Positions 10,150 through 21,530 of a stretch of DNA of 64,000 nt are shown here, piece by piece. Made by a program: the position numbers and the translations under genes. A model generated the notes under the pieces. The model ran no database searches. It was not told the origin of the DNA and saw only the letters and a list, made by a program, of their open reading frames with translations. Source of the DNA: a virus; the IMG/VR virus record IMGVR_UViG_3300046673_000114, positions 1 through 64,000 of that record; one strand, written 5' to 3'. How positions within the stretch are numbered: position 1 is the first letter of the stretch; each line of letters starts with the position of its first letter.

Positions 10150-10596
10150 ATGAGTTATAGGCGCTTCTATAATCACAAGCGGCGTTATAAGAAAGAACGC
10201 AACGCGGAACTAGAACAACACCACGCACATAGCGACACGTATTACATACGAAACCCCGAGCACGCGGCTAACGTCGCGACGCCGGAGGGCGTTAAGGAGT
10301 TTAACATCGATAAGGAGAACTTCTCTGACGGGGTGAATATGCGTTTTAAAGTGATAGAACCAACCGTTACGGTAAAGAACTACACTAGCGACTTACCGCC
10401 GGATAAACGGACTATCTGCAAGACGTGTTTTCATAGTAAGAACCCGCGCGACATAAACGACGGGTTTTATAGGGTCTGGTGCAACGACGCGTTTAGGAAA
10501 GGCGGTAACGCAGAAAAACGCGAGCCCACTGATTCTAAATTTGTTAATAACGGCTGCCGTGATTGGCGACCTAAAAACGTAGATTGTATAGGTTAA
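10150..10596 (+). CDS. Hypothetical Cys-containing protein
   Basis: 148 aa; CKTC and further Cys residues. Confidence 0.5.
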   Translation: MSYRRFYNHKRRYKKERNAELEQHHAHSDTYYIRNPEHAANVATPEGVKEFNIDKENFSDGVNMRFKVIEPTVTVKNYTSDLPPDKRTICKTCFHSKNPRDINDGFYRVWCNDAFRKGGNAEKREPTDSKFVNNGCRDWRPKNVDCIG

Positions 10597-10608
10597 GGAG
10601 AAAAGAAA

Positions 10609-10965
10609 ATGTTGGATATTACATTAACGAAAGAACAAGAAGAGCAATGTCGCTGTCCGACGTGCTCGACGCTTACACTAAATAAGCTCACCGGCGCACC
10701 ATTTTGTGCAAAAGGCACGAGTAAAAAAGCAATGGGGCTTAAGCTTCATAACGGCTGCTCGTGTATTGGCTGTCAAATGAGAAAAAAGCACGATATAGTC
10801 TGTAGGGGGGTTTTATATTGTATGCTCGAAGACGGAAAACATACACCCGGCGCGTTCGAAGAAGGCAATAAAGTAGGCGAAGCGTCGAAAGATGCACCGA
10901 ATAAAGTGGAAGTTGAAGTTACACCCGCTGGTGCGGATGCTGGCGCCATTGAATTAGAGAGGTAA
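10609..10965 (+). CDS. DUF2769-like Cys-rich protein
   Basis: CxCxxC...FCxxG.S...GCxCxxC...YC spacing. Confidence 0.55.
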   Translation: MLDITLTKEQEEQCRCPTCSTLTLNKLTGAPFCAKGTSKKAMGLKLHNGCSCIGCQMRKKHDIVCRGVLYCMLEDGKHTPGAFEEGNKVGEASKDAPNKVEVEVTPAGADAGAIELER

Positions 10966-10970
10966 AAAAG

Positions 10971-11516
10971 ATGGCAAGTCATATGTGGTCTAACGGAATA
11001 AATTACCTAACGGCCGGTCTATCGACAGGGGCAACTATTACACCTGCCGATATGGTTTCGTGGACGCAACCATATACAGGGGTTTCTGCTACCGCGACGG
11101 CACCGTATAACGCGTGGTCTGGTTACCTTCGTTGTTCGCTTAACTCGGGCATGGGAACCTACACCTCGAGCACGTTCGAAAACACACAAACAGAAATCAC
11201 CGGAACAAGTTACATCTCACTTGGTGCAGATATTACCGGCGCGGGCCACAATCAGACAAGCGTCTCGGTTAATAGCTCGCATATCGACTACGTAGCGAGT
11301 CAATCAGATACGTCACCAGAATGGCTAACGATGACGACAAATTCTCCGTATCCACAGTACGGCTCGATATTCGCGTCTACAGGGACTCGAAGCTCAAGTC
11401 CGGTTCTTTGTGTGTTCGACTTCGGTACTACGTATCAATGCACGGCTGGTACTTTTAGTATCACATTCGGCACAGACTCGGTTGCTCACACCGTATTCGC
11501 AATAACTGTATCGTAG
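10971..11516 (+). CDS. Putative minor tail protein
   Basis: Ser/Thr-rich; C-terminal DFG...GTFSITF; GAGGT RBS. Confidence 0.55.
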   Translation: MASHMWSNGINYLTAGLSTGATITPADMVSWTQPYTGVSATATAPYNAWSGYLRCSLNSGMGTYTSSTFENTQTEITGTSYISLGADITGAGHNQTSVSVNSSHIDYVASQSDTSPEWLTMTTNSPYPQYGSIFASTGTRSSSPVLCVFDFGTTYQCTAGTFSITFGTDSVAHTVFAITVS

Positions 11517-11588
11517 ATGAGGCGGGTTAATGCTCGTCTCGACCCTTTATTCTAAGGGACGTTCTATTCTAGCGGAGCTTATCATTAA

Positions 11589-11897
11589 ATGACACTTTAC
11601 TCGAAAGTCGGCACATTTACGACGCCAACGAGTACCGGCAATCAGACGGTTAGCGGCATAGGCTTTACGCCAGTTGCGGTTATTATATGGGGAATTGCAG
11701 ACGACGGCAATGGGTGGGTTAGTGACTCACAATTCGGTATGGGGTTTTCTGCATATAACTCGGCAAAAAGCGCATTTCAACAGGGTGCGACCTCAACGGC
11801 GGGGGCCAGTGGTGTAACTACTCGACAAACCCTTTTTCTTTTAACTAGCGGAGGTTATTTAGGACAGAGGCCTCAATTAGCGGAGCGTATATGGTAG
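11589..11897 (+). pseudogene. Apparently truncated tail-fibre N-terminal module
   Basis: KVGTF...GNQTVSGIGFTPVAVIIW start, then abrupt loss of composition after GVTT. Confidence 0.45.
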
Positions 11898-14356
11898 TAG
11901 GGATTCCAACATACATTGCAGCGGTAGCAAGTGGAACGAGTGTCCTTACGGTATTTAACGTAGGCGCTGATGCAGTACCCTACGCAACGTACTCTATTGA
12001 TGGGGGGGCTACGTGGACCGCGTGGACTAATACTAACATAGGGGGTTATGGTGTCGTAGCCCCCCCAATAGCTGTTTCTTCCGCGAGCAACACCATCGAC
12101 CTTTTTGTTTATAACGGCACCTCTATTTATTGGAATCGTTGTACAAACGTTACAAGTCATACTTGGGCGGGTTTTACAGCACTCGCTTCACTTCCTTATG
12201 CCCCTTACACTGGCACTAATATGGCCGTCTCTTCACCAGGGAGCGGCGTTCTAGATATAGTATATACTGCTTCAACACAGGCCGTCTACTGGAACCATTA
12301 TAACGGTTCAACATGGAGCGGCTGGTCAACTCTCAGTGGTGGTACTACCTACACCGCCTCAGTTATGTCTCTCAGCACCACTAGCTTAATTGTAGGTGTA
12401 GCTGGTGGTGCTGGTGTTTTTTATTACAAACTGTATTCGGGCAATTGGGGGCCATGGACAAGTATTAGTGGGGCCACCCTCACAGGTGCTCCGTCTTCCA
12501 CTAAGTATTCCACCAACAACGTATTTTTTGCCATAGACGCCTCTAACAAGGTTTGGTGTTCAGTTAATTATGGCACCTTCGCCCAAATATCTTCCGGAGT
12601 AGGTTCACCCGTAGCCGTTGGGGCGGCCCGTACCTCGTCTGATACTGTTGTTGTTATACGGAATACTGCTGCAAGCAACTACCTTTATGCTGCTCATGAT
12701 ACAGGTTCGTGGGGTTCGTGGGCCGCAGTTGACTCAACGCACGCGCTTTCGACGTTTGGTCCGGTAATCATCGCAGGAGCAGCGGCAAACCAAGTAGACG
12801 TCTTTTATATCGATACAAATGGAGCTATATGGCACACCGCTTATGCGGGTACAAGCTGGACCACCCCCAACTCAGTACCAAATATTGCTCAAGATGCCAC
12901 AGTATCGCTTACACCAATCTCAAGCGCTGCGGCAACACAAGCACCGACGTTACGTGGTGACGCTAACGTACCCACACTTACTTCAATTTCAAGCGCGGCA
13001 GCGACACAAGCACCGACGATAGCGCGAGCGGACGCTAAATTAGCTACACTTACCCCGATTTCAAGCGCAGCAGCAGCTCAAGCACCGACGATAGCCGAAG
13101 CAGATTGTAACATACCAGCATTATCACCCATCACAAGCGCGGTCGCACCCGTCGCACCAGCATTGCGGGGTGACGCTAATATACCGACTTTAACGCCGGT
13201 TTCTAACTCAGCCGCGAGCGTGGCGGCTACTATCGCGCGAGCGGACTGTAACATACCCGCGCTCACACCGATTAGCTCAACTGCGGCGACAATTTCGTTA
13301 TCTTCTCTTATAATAAGCGTTGGTCTTACGTTATCCACAATTACTAACACCGTTGCACCTATTACGCCGACGGCCCGAGCTGATGCTATAGTACCCACGC
13401 TTACACCTATTAGCTCATCGGCTTCGATTATTTCGCCTACGACAGTAGTAAGCGTAGCTGTTTTATTAGCCGCGATTAACGCAACGGCCGCAGCTATAGA
13501 CGCTTCTATAGCTCAAGCAGATGCAATATTATCCCTCTTATCACCCCCGGGTGCGGTAGCGAGCGTCACATCACCAGCTCTCACAATTAGCGCCGCACTC
13601 ACACTTTCACCCATTAATGTTAATTCGTCTATAATAGCACTTTCTTCTCTACGTGCAGATGCTATTATCCCCTCACTTACACCGATAACAAGCACGGCAG
13701 CGACCGTAGGCGTAACCGTATCGACCGGCTCGTTTGTACATATTCTTCTCACACCTATTGGTTCAAACGCGGGGGTTATCGCTCCCGCGCTTCGTTCTGA
13801 CGCGGTTTTACCTACGTTAACACCCGTAACGAGCACCGCTGCGCCAGTTACCCCGCTAATATCGACGAGTGTGGCAATCATCTTAGCGACGATTGGTGCA
13901 ACTGCTATAGCAGTAGACGCAAGTGTTTCACAGGCAGACTCATTCATAAACGTTTCACCAATTCTCTCTTCAGCATCTACTTTCGATGTTTCGGTTTATG
14001 TTGGTGCGCTTCTTAGCATATTAGCCTCGGAAGCGCTCGTAATAAACATTCTCGACACGCAAAATGGTTTGTACTTACCAGAGAGCGGTCAATTATTCCA
14101 ATACGAACAAATAAGTCTTAATACAACTCTTGATAGAGTTATCTTAGTCGCTAGTGACATAATAAACGAAATTGCACTACTTACACCGATTGAATTTATA
14201 CTTCCCGAGACGCGAGTAGGTGAAAGCATAACACTTACCGATGAAGAAGGAAACGAAACCGATACGAGTGTATTAGAGAAAATATGGCGACCCGCTTCGA
14301 TACCGGAACCGGCTACGATTATTGTATTAGAGACGTCAAACGTGGAGGAAATCTAA
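11891..14356 (+). CDS. Tail fibre/adhesin: N-terminal lectin-like beta-propeller plus repetitive stalk
   Basis: WSGWSTLSGG-type blades; tandem (R/Q)ADA..LTPISS repeats from about 12890 to 14000. Confidence 0.7.
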   Translation: MVVGIPTYIAAVASGTSVLTVFNVGADAVPYATYSIDGGATWTAWTNTNIGGYGVVAPPIAVSSASNTIDLFVYNGTSIYWNRCTNVTSHTWAGFTALASLPYAPYTGTNMAVSSPGSGVLDIVYTASTQAVYWNHYNGSTWSGWSTLSGGTTYTASVMSLSTTSLIVGVAGGAGVFYYKLYSGNWGPWTSISGATLTGAPSSTKYSTNNVFFAIDASNKVWCSVNYGTFAQISSGVGSPVAVGAARTSSDTVVVIRNTAASNYLYAAHDTGSWGSWAAVDSTHALSTFGPVIIAGAAANQVDVFYIDTNGAIWHTAYAGTSWTTPNSVPNIAQDATVSLTPISSAAATQAPTLRGDANVPTLTSISSAAATQAPTIARADAKLATLTPISSAAAAQAPTIAEADCNIPALSPITSAVAPVAPALRGDANIPTLTPVSNSAASVAATIARADCNIPALTPISSTAATISLSSLIISVGLTLSTITNTVAPITPTARADAIVPTLTPISSSASIISPTTVVSVAVLLAAINATAAAIDASIAQADAILSLLSPPGAVASVTSPALTISAALTLSPINVNSSIIALSSLRADAIIPSLTPITSTAATVGVTVSTGSFVHILLTPIGSNAGVIAPALRSDAVLPTLTPVTSTAAPVTPLISTSVAIILATIGATAIAVDASVSQADSFINVSPILSSASTFDVSVYVGALLSILASEALVINILDTQNGLYLPESGQLFQYEQISLNTTLDRVILVASDIINEIALLTPIEFILPETRVGESITLTDEEGNETDTSVLEKIWRPASIPEPATIIVLETSNVEEI

Positions 14357-14357
14357 T

Positions 14358-17300
14358 ATGTTACCGCTTATTTATTACGTTCCTCAGAATAGCTCAACGT
14401 GGACGAATCTCGGCTCAGCAGGAACCGCGTATAACGGAAGCGTTAGTGTAAATAGATATAACGCACCAGACTCGACGCACGGCGCGCCGTTTTGGGGCCG
14501 AACTGATACGAACGATTATATTTGTTATAAAGGTACTGATATTGATAATCTAAATACAATCGGTTTCGAAATCGGTTTCGAATATGCTGCCTATAACGGA
14601 ACCGGCCTCGCAAAACTTTGGGATAAAGGCGTTGGCACGTTTTTCCTACAGATTAACGAAAACACACATAAACTACTTCTCTATCGAACAACTAATCTTT
14701 CCGGCGGCGGTCAGGGTGAGGTCTATTGGACCGCAACAACAACGTCACTCACATCAGGTAATGAGTATTATATCCAAGTTGGCTGGACGTGCGGCACGCC
14801 AGCGAGTCCGGGTACTCCGCACATATACATAAGCGCTAACGGCGGAACACCAGCATTACAGAGCCTAACATATTCGGGCGCGTCGAGTGGAACGTGGGCG
14901 AGCGACGCAGGCCTACCTGCAAATGTCTTTAACTATAGCTCAAGTTCTAATTGTCCGAGCAGTTCCGGCAGCTATGGTTTAACAGGATATCTATACGTAT
15001 TTCGACAGTACAACACCGACATATCGAGTTATATCACTAGCGCGAGTAATGGTTCATGGTACATAGATAAGCGTCGAATGTATTCGTGGATTACAAACTA
15101 TGGTAGTGGACTTAATACTTTCTTCGGCTATGAGACGATTAGCGGCAACTCGGCTTTCCCTAAAAGCGGCACGGCTATTGGAAACGTCGACCAACTTGCG
15201 GGATTTACCGGCCATTCTCATTACGATGGTTCATTATGTTATGCGCCACTAGGCACGAGTTACGCGCAGTGGGTATGGCAGAATAATAACGATTATATCT
15301 ACACAAACGGCGCGTATTCGCTTACGGCCCCGGCAATTAACGATGTAGCCGTTTTTTCGTCAGAGATTGCCTTTTATTATGACGGTAATTGGGGTTCCGC
15401 GACGTATCCGCGAATATTTTCGAAAATGGATTCTAGCTCAGGAGAGTTCACACTATATCTCGATGCGTCCGGCGGCGCTGACACTGGTAACCTTATTCTT
15501 CAGCGAGAGTGTACCGACGGTAGCATTGACACGTGGATGACTACCACGACAAAGTTAACGGCGGGTAACTGGTATGAAGTACAAGTCTTGTGGGTGTGTG
15601 GGTGTGGCCCTAGCTCGCCCCCGTACAGCGCACCAGTTATTCACATTAACACCGTCACTCAATACGTCGCTCATAATCAAATCGGCGGGGCGGATTGGGT
15701 TTTCGACGGAGCGGGTAATTTAGTAATTGGTAACCGCGACGGTTCGCTCGGGCTTGGCGAATGTATGCAGGGAAGCCTCGTTATCTTTAGATGGTATCCT
15801 TATAATGCGTCGAGTCTTTTCGCGTCGGATTACGCGAGCGATAGCCAGCAGTGGCCGCTAACCGCAAGTTCGATTTCGATTAGCGCACCGGCTTCGGCTA
15901 TACAGAGTCAGAACTTTACGATTAGCGGCACGCTTTCTTATGCGTCCGGCGGAATCTCCGGTGCGACTATCTCACTCTTAAACGCGGATACTATGGGTGT
16001 TATTACTACTACCACCACAGACGGTAGTGGCAACTATTCGTTTAGTATTAGTTCATCGACATTAGGCTCTAGCGACTTTAAAACCTCTTTTGCCGGTAAT
16101 TCTACGTATTCTAGTTCAATAAGTGCGGAAGTAACCGTTACTATATCATCCGGCATCATTTACGACGTCGACGGTGCGATTGTAACTAACTGTCAAGTAG
16201 AGTTTATAGGCTCGTCTTTTCCATCATCCGGCACAACGATAACAAACGTCGGACAAGCTTCGGGTGAGAACGGAACTGCATATCAAAATGATTATACGTT
16301 AGTAGCTGCCGGAGACGCGGGATGGGTGTTCCCGAATAATCCATCTGATATGATAACCGTACCTGCTAATGCGGTCTTAGATGATATGCAGGCGGTGACG
16401 TATGAATTTCTTGTTTATTATGCGGGTGGTAGTGGAAATTTATATTCTAAAGGGGACGCCTCAAATCTAAATTACCCCTTAATGTCTATACAGTTTAATT
16501 CCACAAGTAACTGCCTACAAGTTAATAAAGTCGCTTCTACTGGCACGCGTTGGAATACGTGGTTTACAACTACTACACCAGTAACGGCCGGTAACTGGTA
16601 TTTTATTCAGATAACGTGGAACGTCGGCACAACTGAAGGAACTGCAAATCCGATTTGTTATATTAATAATGTTAATCAAACGATTTCTCAGGCGCTAACG
16701 AACACTGGAAGTTGGACTACCGATGCAGGGGGTATCATATGTATCGGGAATGAGTACCCCGCTGCAAATCCGAGTCAGTTCTACGGGACTCTAGTAGTAG
16801 CTAGAATTCATAACGTTATCCTTACCTCCGGTGCAGGTAGTCAGCTAGAAGGTAATTATAACGCGAGTAAATGGCGCGCACCTACAATTAAAAACGCATA
16901 TGTAAACGTTGATGTGCCGGGTGCCGCTGCTGCACTAATCACACTAAGCAAAATACGAACCGACGCGAAGCTTAACGTTTCATCTATCGTTTCTAATGCG
17001 ACAGCAGTTAGTTCCGTTGTTTCTCGCGCAGACGCGAAAATTAACGTTGCCACTATTACGAGTACGGCCGCACCTGTAACGTGTATTCCGGGACTCGGGC
17101 ATTCTATTACCGTAGACGTACCGGGCGCGGTAGCTGCACCCATCACGCCATCCGCGTTTACTACCGGCATTACCTCGCCGGAAACCGACTCACTCGCCGC
17201 GTCTACAGAAGCGGGAAGTTTAAGTAACGTAACCGTAACCATAGCTGAAGCCGATTCCCTAGCGCCGTCTGAAAACGTTTTATCGAATACTTCAATAGCC

Positions 17301-20300
17301 GAAACGGATGCGCTCATAGCGTCAGAGACGCCGAACGTCGCGCTCGAGGCCGATGAGGTTAGTACCCTTACACCAATCGAGGCACCATCAACCGTAGCTA
17401 CATTAGCCTCTACCGAAATAGACACACTTATACCAATAGAAGCGTTAACGATTGAAGAAGATATAACGATAGGAGAAACCGACGCGCTAAGCGAAGTAGA
17501 ACAATCGGGAGTCGGTGGTAATTATGAGTACGTTAACGCATCAGAAGACATTATATTACTCAACCTCGAAACGCAAGCGTTAAGTGCGACCGCAGAAGCA
17601 GACGAGACGCAGGTTCTAACACCGGACGAAGAGGTTATAGATGAAGCTGATTTAACTGAAATCGATACGATTATACCCATAGAAGCGCCAGCAGGCGAGG
17701 TAGATGTCGGCGAGACTACTTTAATATCATCAACAACTGAGACTATCGATACCGAGGCGTACTATTCGCCGGTTATACACGAAACCGTTGTACTTACGCC
17801 GATAGAAGCAACCGGCACGGATAGCGGAATCGTAGCATCGGTAATCGTTAACGAGTTTATTACACTAAAACCTCTTGAATTAACCACCCCTCAGATTCCG
17901 GTGCTTGTCGCCGAACCGGAAATACTCGTCACTTTCGAAGAGATATTACCCGAGGTTGTTATCGATTATGCCGATAGCGATACGCTAGACATAACCGAAT
18001 CTATAAGCATCGAAGCGAAGTTCTCTCCGTTACAGGGACTCGTAGAAAGTGACGCGCTTAATCCTCTAGAAACGTCAACGTTCGCGTCGACGCTTAGTAT
18101 TAATGAATCTACGAAACTCGCGCCGTCTGAAACCGCGCATCTTACACTAGCAGAAGTCGAATATATAACGCATAACGAAGTGATATACCTCGACGCCGAG
18201 GACTCAACGCTTAACGACCCCGTTGTACTAATACAGACGCCACACGGTCCCGCGACGATAGACGCGCTTGAGGTACAAATTAACACTACTGAATCTAACA
18301 AGCTTAATTCTATAGAAGTCGCAGATATTAATCCGAATGTCTATCACGCACCACCTCCGCTAGTTGATTATGTCTTAGAAGTTCGAAAGAAGGACGGTAA
18401 AAATTGGGATTTAGTAGGCGTATTAGAAAACCGCGTCGCACCAGAGTTACAATGTGAAGTAGGTGCGGCCGACCAGCTTACCTTTAACCTCCCACTTTCC
18501 GACCCAAAATCGCTTTTATTTAACGCATCTAACACGCGTGGATTAGAGGTATGGTATTACGGTAGAGACTCGAAGCTTAAACAAGTTTTTACGATTACCG
18601 GCGGCGGTAAGACAGAAGGCTATCGAGACTACGGCGGAAACCCAGGTGGAAGCGGTAGCACGCTCGGAACCGGCTCGGGAGATTGGCTCTACGTTACCGC
18701 GATTGGGCCTGAGGCATATCTAACAATGTATTATGTCGCAGACTACACCGCAACGCAAAAGTATGTTTCTTCGATATTAAACGCTATTTGTGGAGAAATA
18801 ATAGATGATGGATATATAACCGCCATTCTCGTTGACCCTGCTCTTAATAAACTAATTGATATTGACTTATCGTGGGAAAACCTACAGAGTGCGTTAGGTA
18901 ACATCATTCAACAAACCGGCGGCTATATGCGCGTCTTAGTAAACTCGAATAACCCGTCGAGTCGAGTACTATATCTCTCAAGTGAAGTCGCTTCAGACAT
19001 ATTCCCGATTAATCTCGGCGGCGTGACGGCTGATTCGGTGGGCGTTTGCTCGTGGGGGCCAAATAGATTAGACTTATTCGCGCGAGGCGAAAACTCGAGT
19101 ATCTATCATAAATATTGGAACGGTACTTCGTGGTCTGGTTGGGCTACTCTTGGCGGAACCACTGATAGCGCGCCTACCGCGTGCTCGTGGGGGCCGAATA
19201 GAATAGACGTTTTCGTTCGCGGAACTGATAATATATTATATCAAAAATATTGGAACGGTGCGTGGTCTACATGGATACCACTCGGTGGCACGCTCACCTC
19301 TGCACCAGCCGCAGCTTCGTGGGGGCTAAATCGCATCGATGTAGTTGCTCGCGGAACGAACAATCAACTATACCACATATACTGGAACGGTATAAATTGG
19401 TCAACGTGGGGTACTCTAGGCGGCGACTGCACGAGCGACCCGGCTATAGTATCGTGGGGTGAAAACAGACTAGACGTCTTCGTGCGCGGCACCACTATGG
19501 AGTTGTATCATACGCGATGGGACGGTTCAACGTGGTCGACGTGGGAAAACCTCGGCGGTTATCTAACCACCGGCCCGGGCGCTGCGTCGTGGGGGGAGAA
19601 TAGAATAGACGTTTTCGCTGGCGGAGAGGATAACGAGCTAGAATGGCAATATTGGGGTGGCGACGTTGGTACTCCAATTCACCAGCAGGGAATCGCGTTC
19701 GACGGGACGTATTATTATTATACAACGGATTCTACGATTTATAAGCTCGACGCAAGTTATAACGTCATTGCGTCTAACGCAAACGCGGCCACGCAGTGTG
19801 GTGGTGACCACCTCGGCGGTTTAGGCATACATAGCGGAACTATATACCAATTCTGCACAACGGATGAGACGCCGCAAGTTATGATGGTTGGATTATTTAA
19901 TACGAGCGATTTAAGCTTTATAAGAAATGTCGATTTAACGAAAGTCGCCGGGAATCCGCCGACGTGGAGTACTTATAACATCGGCGGCGTGGGTGTAGAC
20001 GCTGCGAATAACGAACTTGTAGCGATTCACTTCGGTGACGCCGGTAGTCTGTCAGTCGTGGCCCCAAAGGTGTTTAAATTCAACTTGAGCACGTTTGCGT
20101 ACTTAGGTTACATTACTGGAACGGGCGACTTAGGAATCTATTATCAAGGCATCTGCCCGTATGATGGGGTTTATTATTACACCGTCGATAATTCGTCAAA
20201 CGCCAACTCACCTACGCATCTACTCGGCGGCGTGTATATGATGAACCCTGACGGAACGGGCCAGACGATGATAATACCTGCGTCTGTTTTCAATAATGCG

Positions 20301-21530
20301 GTATCCGATTTAGCGTGGAGTGGTGAGATAGAATCACTCAGCGTGACGGACGCGGGTATTGTTGTGCTTTGTGGTGGCTATATCTTTACCTTCTCTCTTG
20401 AACCGCCATATACATTACAAAGCGTCACACCGGGACTACAAGAATTAACGCCTGTGTGGTCTGGATGGGAGTCTTTAGGTGGTTACGTTCAATCATCACC
20501 GGCCGCTTGTAGTTGGGGATATGGAAGAATCGACGTGTTTCTCGAGGGGCCGGATGGTGCAGTCTATCAAATGATATACCAAGAAGACGTGTGGCAGCTA
20601 AAGAAAAAGAATAGCCTAACTAAACACGGACGCGTAGACTGTCCTAAATGCCCGAAGGCCGTGAGAAAAGAAGCAGCCGAGCGTAAAGAAGCAGCCGGAG
20701 ACGTAGAACCGCAAAACGTATGGTCTAATTGGAACGCGCTCGACGTAGACCAGATTCAGCCACCGGTCCCGATTATAAAATACGATGTATTCCCGAGTAT
20801 GGGTGACGTGATAAATAACGACTTAGGCGATAGCGCATACGACGGAGTTGCGTTTAATAACGGTTTCACACAACTTCAATGCGGCGTTGGTGCGTGGGTG
20901 TTTAACGCGCCGCAAGACGTCACGTGGACGAATAACATTCAAATTACGAGTGGGCCGGATATTACGGGATTAGCAGATATGACCCTTAGTATGTGCGTAT
21001 ATATCGACGCGAATCAAACGGCGGTAAATAACCCGAGGCTATTCTCGAAACAACAGGAGAACGGCGCGTTTGAGCTAATCTACGACACGTTTAACCAAGC
21101 ACTCATACTTAGACGATACACAACAAATAACGATTATGACGAGTGGAGAAGCGCACAGAACTCAGTTCCGATAGGCGATTGGTATTATATTCAGTTAATA
21201 TGGCAAAGTAGCGTTAGCCCGGAAACAGAGAGTCCGCCGGTTATTATCGTTGATAACGAGCAGTTAACACTTGTTAATACAGAAGCCGGAACGGGATGGT
21301 GGTCGCCCGACTACTCCAACAATCTCTATATCGGTAATAGCTACTTATTAGATGGCAGCGGTGATTTCGTTGGCATAATGAGCTTCTTTAGCCTATATGG
21401 CGCGGCTATAGTAGACCCAACAGACGACTTTAACACTAACGCGTGGCGGCGAGACCCCGCCGACGTAGACGCGCAGCTTGTTTATAATTTCTTCCCACAA
21501 ATAGTAACTTCCGAGGTGGCAAGTCAGTGA
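14358..21530 (+). CDS. Giant tail-tip protein: LamG-like x4, Ig-like, acidic repeats, N-half of a Tal/prophage-tail hub, PLL/DUF346-like propeller
   Basis: GxWYxIQxxW LamG-like units; ETD repeats; DQLTFNLP hub motif; SWGPNRIDVFVRG repeats. Confidence 0.8.
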   Translation: MLPLIYYVPQNSSTWTNLGSAGTAYNGSVSVNRYNAPDSTHGAPFWGRTDTNDYICYKGTDIDNLNTIGFEIGFEYAAYNGTGLAKLWDKGVGTFFLQINENTHKLLLYRTTNLSGGGQGEVYWTATTTSLTSGNEYYIQVGWTCGTPASPGTPHIYISANGGTPALQSLTYSGASSGTWASDAGLPANVFNYSSSSNCPSSSGSYGLTGYLYVFRQYNTDISSYITSASNGSWYIDKRRMYSWITNYGSGLNTFFGYETISGNSAFPKSGTAIGNVDQLAGFTGHSHYDGSLCYAPLGTSYAQWVWQNNNDYIYTNGAYSLTAPAINDVAVFSSEIAFYYDGNWGSATYPRIFSKMDSSSGEFTLYLDASGGADTGNLILQRECTDGSIDTWMTTTTKLTAGNWYEVQVLWVCGCGPSSPPYSAPVIHINTVTQYVAHNQIGGADWVFDGAGNLVIGNRDGSLGLGECMQGSLVIFRWYPYNASSLFASDYASDSQQWPLTASSISISAPASAIQSQNFTISGTLSYASGGISGATISLLNADTMGVITTTTTDGSGNYSFSISSSTLGSSDFKTSFAGNSTYSSSISAEVTVTISSGIIYDVDGAIVTNCQVEFIGSSFPSSGTTITNVGQASGENGTAYQNDYTLVAAGDAGWVFPNNPSDMITVPANAVLDDMQAVTYEFLVYYAGGSGNLYSKGDASNLNYPLMSIQFNSTSNCLQVNKVASTGTRWNTWFTTTTPVTAGNWYFIQITWNVGTTEGTANPICYINNVNQTISQALTNTGSWTTDAGGIICIGNEYPAANPSQFYGTLVVARIHNVILTSGAGSQLEGNYNASKWRAPTIKNAYVNVDVPGAAAALITLSKIRTDAKLNVSSIVSNATAVSSVVSRADAKINVATITSTAAPVTCIPGLGHSITVDVPGAVAAPITPSAFTTGITSPETDSLAASTEAGSLSNVTVTIAEADSLAPSENVLSNTSIAETDALIASETPNVALEADEVSTLTPIEAPSTVATLASTEIDTLIPIEALTIEEDITIGETDALSEVEQSGVGGNYEYVNASEDIILLNLETQALSATAEADETQVLTPDEEVIDEADLTEIDTIIPIEAPAGEVDVGETTLISSTTETIDTEAYYSPVIHETVVLTPIEATGTDSGIVASVIVNEFITLKPLELTTPQIPVLVAEPEILVTFEEILPEVVIDYADSDTLDITESISIEAKFSPLQGLVESDALNPLETSTFASTLSINESTKLAPSETAHLTLAEVEYITHNEVIYLDAEDSTLNDPVVLIQTPHGPATIDALEVQINTTESNKLNSIEVADINPNVYHAPPPLVDYVLEVRKKDGKNWDLVGVLENRVAPELQCEVGAADQLTFNLPLSDPKSLLFNASNTRGLEVWYYGRDSKLKQVFTITGGGKTEGYRDYGGNPGGSGSTLGTGSGDWLYVTAIGPEAYLTMYYVADYTATQKYVSSILNAICGEIIDDGYITAILVDPALNKLIDIDLSWENLQSALGNIIQQTGGYMRVLVNSNNPSSRVLYLSSEVASDIFPINLGGVTADSVGVCSWGPNRLDLFARGENSSIYHKYWNGTSWSGWATLGGTTDSAPTACSWGPNRIDVFVRGTDNILYQKYWNGAWSTWIPLGGTLTSAPAAASWGLNRIDVVARGTNNQLYHIYWNGINWSTWGTLGGDCTSDPAIVSWGENRLDVFVRGTTMELYHTRWDGSTWSTWENLGGYLTTGPGAASWGENRIDVFAGGEDNELEWQYWGGDVGTPIHQQGIAFDGTYYYYTTDSTIYKLDASYNVIASNANAATQCGGDHLGGLGIHSGTIYQFCTTDETPQVMMVGLFNTSDLSFIRNVDLTKVAGNPPTWSTYNIGGVGVDAANNELVAIHFGDAGSLSVVAPKVFKFNLSTFAYLGYITGTGDLGIYYQGICPYDGVYYYTVDNSSNANSPTHLLGGVYMMNPDGTGQTMIIPASVFNNAVSDLAWSGEIESLSVTDAGIVVLCGGYIFTFSLEPPYTLQSVTPGLQELTPVWSGWESLGGYVQSSPAACSWGYGRIDVFLEGPDGAVYQMIYQEDVWQLKKKNSLTKHGRVDCPKCPKAVRKEAAERKEAAGDVEPQNVWSNWNALDVDQIQPPVPIIKYDVFPSMGDVINNDLGDSAYDGVAFNNGFTQLQCGVGAWVFNAPQDVTWTNNIQITSGPDITGLADMTLSMCVYIDANQTAVNNPRLFSKQQENGAFELIYDTFNQALILRRYTTNNDYDEWRSAQNSVPIGDWYYIQLIWQSSVSPETESPPVIIVDNEQLTLVNTEAGTGWWSPDYSNNLYIGNSYLLDGSGDFVGIMSFFSLYGAAIVDPTDDFNTNAWRRDPADVDAQLVYNFFPQIVTSEVASQ

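Noticed and set aside
4651-18301. Minus-strand ORFs within the tail genes (e.g. 4651, 7621, 13513, 16856)
   Set aside because: Shadows of Ala/Gly/Thr-rich plus-strand genes
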